Origin: an uncultured Acidobacteriota bacterium
GTDB taxonomy: Bacteria > Acidobacteriota > Thermoanaerobaculia > UBA5066 > Gp7-AA6
Assembly: GCA_963764025.1 (NCBI GenBank)
Contig: CAVXRK010000009.1
Coordinates: forward strand, 600,881-664,880
Direction of reading: 5' to 3'
Length of the DNA: 64,000 bases
Below the pieces are notes generated by a model. That model saw only the letters and a list, made by a program, of their open reading frames with translations, was not told the origin of the DNA and searched no databases. A program made the translations under genes and the position numbers. Shown in pieces: positions 58,261 through 64,000 of this stretch (position 1 is its first letter; the number at the start of each line of letters is the position of its first letter).

Positions 58261-59526
58261 CGCTCGGGTGGCGCGGCGGACTCTCCCTGTTTCTGCTGGC
58301 GCTCGCCGTCCGCCTCGCCGCAACCGCGGCCGTCGGGGTTCTCGACGACGGGGTTCGGCGACGCGGGCCGGTACATTTTCGCGGCCTCCGAGCTCGCCCG
58401 GACGGGGCAGTACCCGGACCGCACGGAGCCGTTCTTCTTCCGGCCTCCGGCCTACCCGGTCTTCCTCGTCGGCGCGACGCTCGGCCGGCCCGAGGAGCGC
58501 GTGGCATGGGCGAAGCTCGCCAACGGCATACTCGGCGCCGCCGCCGCAGTGCTTCTCGCGATGCTTTCGGCGCGGATCTTCGGCCGACGGCCGATCGCGC
58601 TGGCGACCGGCGTGGCGGCGGCCTTCCACCCGAGCCTCGTGCTCCTTTCGACCGACGTCCAGAGCGAGCCGCTCTTTCTGGTCTTGCTTCTGTCCTCGGG
58701 TCTGCTGCTGCTCTCGGCGGCGGACAGCACGTCGACCCGCCGCGCGGTCTTCGCGGGAGCGCTCCTGGGCCTCGCGGCGTTGACGCGCCCTTCGGCCCTG
58801 GCTCTCGCTCCCCTTCTCGCCGCGCCCTTGCTCGACCGGCGAACGCGGGGCCGCCTCCGGATTCGCATGGCGGCCGGCGCGCTCGCGGGCCTGGTTCTCG
58901 CCCTCGCCCCGTGGACGATACGAAACGCCGTCCGCTTCCACGAGCTCATCCCGGTCAGCGACGCCGGCGGGGTGAGCCTCTATGCCGGCAACTCGCCCTG
59001 GACACGGCGCTTCTACGCCCTTCGGACGCGCGAGGAGTACGAGCGCTGGCTCGTGAACTTCGACCGCGATCTGCGGGACCGGCTCGCCTCGATCGAGCGG
59101 AGCGGCGCCGACACTCCCGGCCGCCGGTCCGCCGCCTTCGCGCACATGGCGATCGAGGACGCTCGCGCCGATCCCGGCGCGAGCCTGCGCCTGCTGGCGC
59201 GGAAAGCGTGGCAGTGGGTCCGCCCCTGGCCCACGCCCTGGTTCTGGCCCCGCCCGGTCGTCGCCGCGATCGGCGCTCTTTACATCCTCCTGTACGCCGC
59301 CGCGGCCCCTGGGCTCTGGCGCGCGCCGCGGCGCGGTGTCGCCGCCTTCTGCTTCGCGGTGCTCGTCGTGAGCATGGTCGCCCACGTCCTGCTCCAGGTC
59401 GTCTGGCGCTACCGGGTGCCGTACTGGGACCCCGTCTTGCTCCTCTACGGCGTCTATGGAGCCGCGCAGTGGCTTCCCGTCCTCCGTGGCGCTCGACCGA
59501 GGGATTCCGGGGACGGGAGTTCTTGA
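58258..59526 (+). CDS. GT39/ArnT/PMT_2-like membrane glycosyltransferase, paralog 2, with one frameshift at ~58345.
   Basis: The ATG overlaps the paralog 1 stop as ATGA. Reads MTLGWRGGLSLFLLALAV...VLDDG, then (shift) FGDAGRYIFAASELARTGQYP...WRYRVPYWDPVLLLYGVYG. Confidence 0.65.
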
Positions 59527-59571
59527 CGGCGCAGGACGTTCGGCTGCCCGGACACTGAGTAGACTGACCCG

Positions 59572-60252
59572 ATGGAAGCACTGGTCGTGCGGACCCATCC
59601 CCCGCTCCGGGCTCCCTGGCTCGGACGCGTGGCGTACGACCGCGGTCTCGAGCTCCAAGCCGAGGCGGCCGCGCGGGCCCGCCGGGACGAGGAGACTCTG
59701 CTGCTCCTCGAGCACGAGCCCGTCTTCACGCTCGGGCGCAACGCCTCCCGCGCGGACGTGCTCTTCACGCCGGAACGCTGCCGCGAGCTCGGGGTCGAGG
59801 TGCGGGAGTCGGATCGCGGCGGCAAGGTCACTTACCACGGCCCGGGGCAGCTCGTCGGCTACCCGATCCTGAACCTCGCCCCGGACCGCAAGGACGTCAA
59901 GCGCTACGTCACGGACCTCGAGGAGGTCCTGATCCGGGTACTCGCGGACTTCGGGATCCACGCGACCCGTTCCCCGATCCGGGAGCGCGTGACTTCCGTC
60001 TGGGTCGGCAACGACAAGATCGCCGCAATCGGCATTCACATCGCCCGCTGGGTGACGACCCACGGATTCGCGCTCAACGTCACCGACGAGCCGCTTCCCT
60101 ATTTTTCGGGAATCATCCCCTGCGGGATCACCGACGGCGGCGTGATCACGATCCAGCGCCTTCTCGGCCGGCGACCCTCGCTCGAAGAAACCGCGGCACG
60201 GATCCGGGCTCGTTTCGGCGAGGTGTTCGACCGGGAGATCCTCCCGGCTTAG
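59572..60252 (+). CDS. lipB: Lipoyl(octanoyl) transferase.
   Basis: 226 aa with RGGKVTYHGPGQLVGYPIL and catalytic Cys context IIPCGI. Confidence 0.9.
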   Translation: MEALVVRTHPPLRAPWLGRVAYDRGLELQAEAAARARRDEETLLLLEHEPVFTLGRNASRADVLFTPERCRELGVEVRESDRGGKVTYHGPGQLVGYPILNLAPDRKDVKRYVTDLEEVLIRVLADFGIHATRSPIRERVTSVWVGNDKIAAIGIHIARWVTTHGFALNVTDEPLPYFSGIIPCGITDGGVITIQRLLGRRPSLEETAARIRARFGEVFDREILPA

Positions 60253-60299
60253 GCCGGGCTTCCTGAGCTCCCATCGAATGTCCGGTCGGGTCGATCGGG

Positions 60300-61235
60300 C
60301 TACTTCGGCTTTTCCTCGACCACGACATAGGGAACGGTGGCGTCGACATCCAGCGTCACGAAACGCTGTTCGTTTCTCTCGCGTTGCGGATCGGCGCTCG
60401 TCTCGAGATATGCGTACACGAAGATGTGATATTTCCGTTGCGCGATGGCGAAGACTTCACTCGCCAGTCCGTCACCGACTGTCGCCGCGCCTCCCGCCGT
60501 CACGCCCGTCATGTAACTCTGAGTGTTCTGCGACCAAACCGGGATCCAGTGGTCGAGATCGTTGTTGTACCCACCACCGCTTTGCGCCCAGCTCTCGACG
60601 AAGATGCCGAGAGATGCGACGGCCGACGCCGGCGCGACGTCGTTCCCGGTGAAGCTGGCGCTCGTGAGCCACTGGACGTAGGGCCGGATACTGATTTTCG
60701 CATCGCCGAATTGCGGCACGAAAAAGAGGCCGGCACCAACCAGTGCGTAAGAACTCTGGCCGGAGTAGGCATACGAGTTACACGCCAGTTTCCCTTCCCG
60801 GATGATCTGCGCGTTACTCGAATAGATGATCCCGTTCGGGCCCTTGTCCGTCCACGCGTATCGGTAGTATCGACTCGAGTCCTTGGTGTCGTCGCGGTCG
60901 GGCCCGTAGACGTGGAACAGCTCGCGAGCCGCCGGAGCGGCGGCATCGCCCAGGTGATGTATCCCGACCGTCAGGAGCGTGCTGGAATCGAGCTTGTGAA
61001 GCACGGCACCGTGGAAGTCGTGGAGTCGAAGGGCGCCGACATCCGTCTTGAACTTGTCCATCCGATCGCGAACGTGCTCCTGGATCGCCTGCCCTCCGGC
61101 CGTCTTCCACACCGGATCCTTGGCGTTGCAGTCAGTCCGGATGAAGCGTGCTCTGAATGGTGCGGATTTCAAGGATTCGACGGCGGCCCTCACATCGCTT
61201 TCGTCAATCTCGCCCCTCACGATCGGTGGCTTCAT
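60300..61235 (-). CDS. Hypothetical protein of about 311 aa with lower GC (~60%), a C-terminal beta-rich region and no recognisable family. The start is the ATG at 61235 (MKPPIV...) or at 61271.
   Basis: The open frame has unusual composition for this genome (many AAA, ATA and TTT codons). It has a hydrophilic N-terminal ~90 aa and a Ser/Gly/Tyr/Asn-rich C-terminal region with alternating hydrophobic residues. Confidence 0.5.
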   Translation of the reverse strand: MKPPIVRGEIDESDVRAAVESLKSAPFRARFIRTDCNAKDPVWKTAGGQAIQEHVRDRMDKFKTDVGALRLHDFHGAVLHKLDSSTLLTVGIHHLGDAAAPAARELFHVYGPDRDDTKDSSRYYRYAWTDKGPNGIIYSSNAQIIREGKLACNSYAYSGQSSYALVGAGLFFVPQFGDAKISIRPYVQWLTSASFTGNDVAPASAVASLGIFVESWAQSGGGYNNDLDHWIPVWSQNTQSYMTGVTAGGAATVGDGLASEVFAIAQRKYHIFVYAYLETSADPQRERNEQRFVTLDVDATVPYVVVEEKPK

Positions 61236-61412
61236 AGCAGATCCTCCATGAATGGTTGGCTGGCGGGACACGGCGCCGACGCAGGTCGCCAGCAGGACCT
61301 GCGCCTCGCGCCCAACTCATAATTATGCCGTCGGGTCGGCTCAGGCAAGGGGTTCCTTCGGATCGCCGGCACGCGCTCCCGGCCGGGCCCGGTCCCGGGA
61401 GATAATCCAGGC

Positions 61413-62327
61413 GTGAGCGGCAAATTGGAACTTCCGGTCGCCGGCCGGGCCTCCCGCCTCGAGCGGCCCGAGTGGCTGAAGGTCCGGCTCAATACGACCG
61501 GCGAGTACGACGAGGTGCGGCGGATGATGCGTCGCCTCTCGCTCGTGACGGTCTGTGAAGAGGCCCGGTGCCCCAACATCCACGAGTGCTGGGCCCGCGA
61601 GCGCACGGCGACCTTCATGCTCATGGGCGACATCTGCACGCGCCATTGCGGCTTCTGCGCCGTCGGCAAGGGCCGGCCGGGCACGCTCGACCCGGAGGAG
61701 CCGGAGCGGGTCGCCGAGGCGGCGGCGGAGCTCGGTCTCGCTCATGTGGTCATCACGTCGGTCAACCGCGACGACCTCTCCGACGGGGGGGCCGCGCACT
61801 TCGCCGAAACGATCCGCGCGGTGCGGCGGCGCAACGCAAGCTGCACGGTCGAGGTCCTGATCCCGGACTTCCAGGGCAACACGGCCGCGCTCGACACGGT
61901 CCTCGACGCCGCTCCGGAGGTCCTCAACCACAACGTCGAGACGGTCCCGCGCCTCTACCGCCGCGTCCGGCCGGACGCCAGGTACCCGCAGTCGCTGGCG
62001 CTCCTCGCGCGCGCCGCCGAGCACCGCGTGCGACGCGGCGTCTCGATGCGGACGAAGTCGGGGCTCATGGTCGGCCTCGGGGAGTCGGTGGACGAGCTGC
62101 TCGCGACTCTCGCGGACCTCCGGTCCGCCGGCTGCGACATCGCGACGGTGGGCCAGTACCTCCAGCCTCACGAGCGCCGCCTCCCGATCGAGCGCTACTA
62201 CACGCCGGAGGAGTTTGCCGAGATCCGCGAGCGCGCCGATGCCATGGGCTTCCAGCGCGTCGAGGCCGGTCCGCTCGTCCGATCTTCGTATCACGCGCGC
62301 CGCGCCTTCGACGGCCCGGCAGCCTAA
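61413..62327 (+). CDS. lipA: Lipoyl synthase (radical SAM).
   Basis: CEEARCPNIHEC and CTRHCGFC cluster motifs. Confidence 0.9.
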   Translation: MSGKLELPVAGRASRLERPEWLKVRLNTTGEYDEVRRMMRRLSLVTVCEEARCPNIHECWARERTATFMLMGDICTRHCGFCAVGKGRPGTLDPEEPERVAEAAAELGLAHVVITSVNRDDLSDGGAAHFAETIRAVRRRNASCTVEVLIPDFQGNTAALDTVLDAAPEVLNHNVETVPRLYRRVRPDARYPQSLALLARAAEHRVRRGVSMRTKSGLMVGLGESVDELLATLADLRSAGCDIATVGQYLQPHERRLPIERYYTPEEFAEIRERADAMGFQRVEAGPLVRSSYHARRAFDGPAA

Positions 62328-62335
62328 GGAGACCC

Positions 62336-63106
62336 ATGCGCCTCTCGCGACCATCGGTCACGGTGCTCTTCGCTTGCCTTCTGGCCTTCGCCTCGGCCTC
62401 CGCGTCGGCGCAGACGAAGGGCGCCACGCGGACGAAATACAAGCCTCCGGTCTATCCGGAAAACGCCAGCAAGAACGACCTGCAGGGCAACGTCCTCCTG
62501 ATCGGCCGAATCGACAAGCAGGGGAACGTGTCCGACCTCCATCTCGACATGACCTCGCTCCAGGAATTCGTGAAACCCGCCGTCGAGTCCGTGCGCGCCT
62601 GGAAGTTCACGCCGGCGCTGCGCGACGGCAACCCCGTCGAGATCGCCCTGAATGCCGGCGTCCGATTCCGCGTGAGCGGCGACAAGCGGGGCCGGATTCC
62701 GATGGCGACGCTCGGCGACCTCGCCGTGTTCCCGGCCGATGCGGCGGGAACGAAGACCGCGCCGGAAGGTTTCCCCCTCCGCAAGGGCAAGGACGCGGCG
62801 CTGCGCGCCGAGGCTTCGCTGGACGTTCCCCCCTCCCCGGAGGCGCGCACGCTCGGCATTCGCGTCGAGGCCGTATCGCCGACGGGCCGAAGGGTCCAGG
62901 TGTTTCAGCCGCCGCTCGCCGTCCCGGCCAAGGCCACGGAGGTGAACTTTCCCGTCGTCTCCCCCGTCGGCGCGGACTGGGAGGAGGGCGTGTGGATGCT
63001 GCGCTTCACGGTCGACGGCCAGAATGCCGGCGGCGGACAGTTCTGGCTGGCGGCGGACCCTTCCGCGTTCACCTTCGTCCTGCCCGCCCTTCGGCCCCTG
63101 TCATGA
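62336..63106 (+). CDS. Secreted TonB C-terminal domain protein.
   Basis: Signal peptide MRLSRPSVTVLFACLLAFASASASA. TonB_C reads YPENASKNDLQGNVLLIGRIDKQGNV...WKFTPALRDGNPVE. It has an extra C-terminal domain. Confidence 0.65.
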   Translation: MRLSRPSVTVLFACLLAFASASASAQTKGATRTKYKPPVYPENASKNDLQGNVLLIGRIDKQGNVSDLHLDMTSLQEFVKPAVESVRAWKFTPALRDGNPVEIALNAGVRFRVSGDKRGRIPMATLGDLAVFPADAAGTKTAPEGFPLRKGKDAALRAEASLDVPPSPEARTLGIRVEAVSPTGRRVQVFQPPLAVPAKATEVNFPVVSPVGADWEEGVWMLRFTVDGQNAGGGQFWLAADPSAFTFVLPALRPLS

Positions 63107-63858
63107 AGTCCGCCACGGCGGTGGTCCTGGCGGCCGCGCTCGTCGCCTTCGGCTGCGCGGGCGCATCCGGCGCGAGACCGGCCTCGACGACCGCATCGTC
63201 CGGGCCACCATGCGCCGGGATCACGCCGCCGCGGCGCCTGACAACCGCCCCGGTCGCCCTGCCGTCGTCCTTGACCGCGGCAGGCGTGCGGGGGATCGTC
63301 GTCGTCGAGGCCGTGATCGGCCCCGAAGGCCTGGTCTCGGACATCCGCCCGGCGCGCACCGGCCTCGATCTCCTGGCGCCGTTCGCACAGAAGTCCGTCC
63401 AGGACTCGCGCTTCGCGGCCGGATCCGTCGACGGCCACCCGACCTCCGTGCGGGTGCGCGTCGCGACGACGCTCGGGACGGCCGGAAAAGCCGGCGTCGA
63501 ACCCGAATGGGACGGCGTCTGGGCCTACGTTCCGGGCGGGCAATCGCGCGAGGCCGTCTGGCAGCTCGCGGGCAGCGTCGCGAAATTGACCCTCGAGATT
63601 CACCTCGGCACCTCGCCGGCGACCGGCGCGCAAGTCGTCGCGCGCGCGCCGGACGGGAAGGAACGGTTGCTTAAGCGGGTCCCGGGATCGCCGACCCCGA
63701 TCGAGCTGAAGGAGACGGTCTCGACGGAGAAGTTCCTGGAACCGGCCGGCGACTACACGATCGAGCTTCGCGCCTCGGGGAAGACGCTGGTCTCGACGAC
63801 GGTGACGATCGCGGCCGACTACACGCGGGCGATCGTCAACGCCTGCGAGCCGCTCTAG
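63103..63858 (+). CDS. Lipoprotein with a TonB_C-like domain.
   Basis: ATGA overlap with the preceding gene. Lipobox LVAFGC. GIVVVEAVIGPEGLVSDIRP. Confidence 0.55.
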   Translation: MKSATAVVLAAALVAFGCAGASGARPASTTASSGPPCAGITPPRRLTTAPVALPSSLTAAGVRGIVVVEAVIGPEGLVSDIRPARTGLDLLAPFAQKSVQDSRFAAGSVDGHPTSVRVRVATTLGTAGKAGVEPEWDGVWAYVPGGQSREAVWQLAGSVAKLTLEIHLGTSPATGAQVVARAPDGKERLLKRVPGSPTPIELKETVSTEKFLEPAGDYTIELRASGKTLVSTTVTIAADYTRAIVNACEPL

Positions 63859-64000
63859 ATCGAGCGCACTTCGGCCGGAGACAAGTTGGGCCGGGGCACC
63901 CGGCCCCGGCCCGCACGCGATCCCTCGGCTTCCCGTCCGGCGACAGTCTCGCACGCGGCGTCCCCTTCTGTCGACCGCCCGCGGGACACGGGGAGCGAGT

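Overview
This is a 64 kb, high-GC (~70%) bacterial chromosomal segment densely packed with housekeeping and metabolic genes on both strands. I found no rRNA, tRNA, CRISPR array, transposase or integrase.

Gene content, in order:
- A methylcrotonyl-CoA carboxylase beta subunit, followed by an orphan B12-binding subunit of a split methylmalonyl-CoA-mutase-family enzyme. The catalytic subunit sits about 35 kb away at 36.7-38.4 kb.
- A MOSC protein, a PQQ sugar dehydrogenase, RdgB, an FHA-GAF-class III nucleotide cyclase, and a TonB-SH3 protein directly downstream of arcA-arcC with no arcB.
- RmuC, purB, an RlpA-like protein, a CusF-like periplasmic protein, an ABC-2 exporter, and an ornithine-cyclodeaminase plus threonine-dehydratase-like pair that resembles EutC/EutB.
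- A PagL-like lipid A deacylase downstream of fpg, a BNR propeller protein, an NmrA oxidoreductase, and a polysaccharide deacetylase.
- A minus-strand operon: DUF1343-MobB fusion, HAD hydrolase, class V aminotransferase, serA, ddl, secreted VWA protein.
- A molybdenum-cofactor cluster (mogA, moaA, moaC, mobA), then SPFH, ribBA, bacterioferritin, a BON lipoprotein, and a twin-arginine-signal threonine-aldolase-like enzyme.
- A translationally coupled GT2 glycosyltransferase and radical SAM/SPASM pair.
- 2-oxoacid dehydrogenase E1 alpha and beta, a form-II CoxL-type molybdoenzyme cluster (CoxG, CoxS, CoxL, CoxM, XdhC), a LIP-family lipase relic, a truncated Ser/Thr kinase, and E2.
- Two tandem GT39-like membrane glycosyltransferases, lipB, a low-GC hypothetical gene inserted before lipA, and two TonB-C domain proteins.

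Three structural observations stand out:
- Two non-autonomous palindromic repeat families occur repeatedly in intergenic positions. Family A has three copies with ~21 bp terminal inverted repeats of the form GGGGTCAGGTCT...GACCTGACCCC. Family B is ~125 bp with ~35 bp internally palindromic ends built on CCCTCTCCCCCGA..GGGGAGAGGGCAGGGTGAGGG; it has two full copies and one half copy.
- An unusually high density of 1-nt frameshifts (at least 17) affects otherwise intact genes between about 26 and 59 kb, including serA, a class V aminotransferase, SPFH, the mutase large subunit, xdhC, E2, the GT39 paralogs and a lipase. The first 26 kb has none. This most likely reflects assembly indel errors rather than biology.
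- Many 4-nt start/stop overlaps of the form ATGA, GTGA or TTGA indicate extensive translational coupling.
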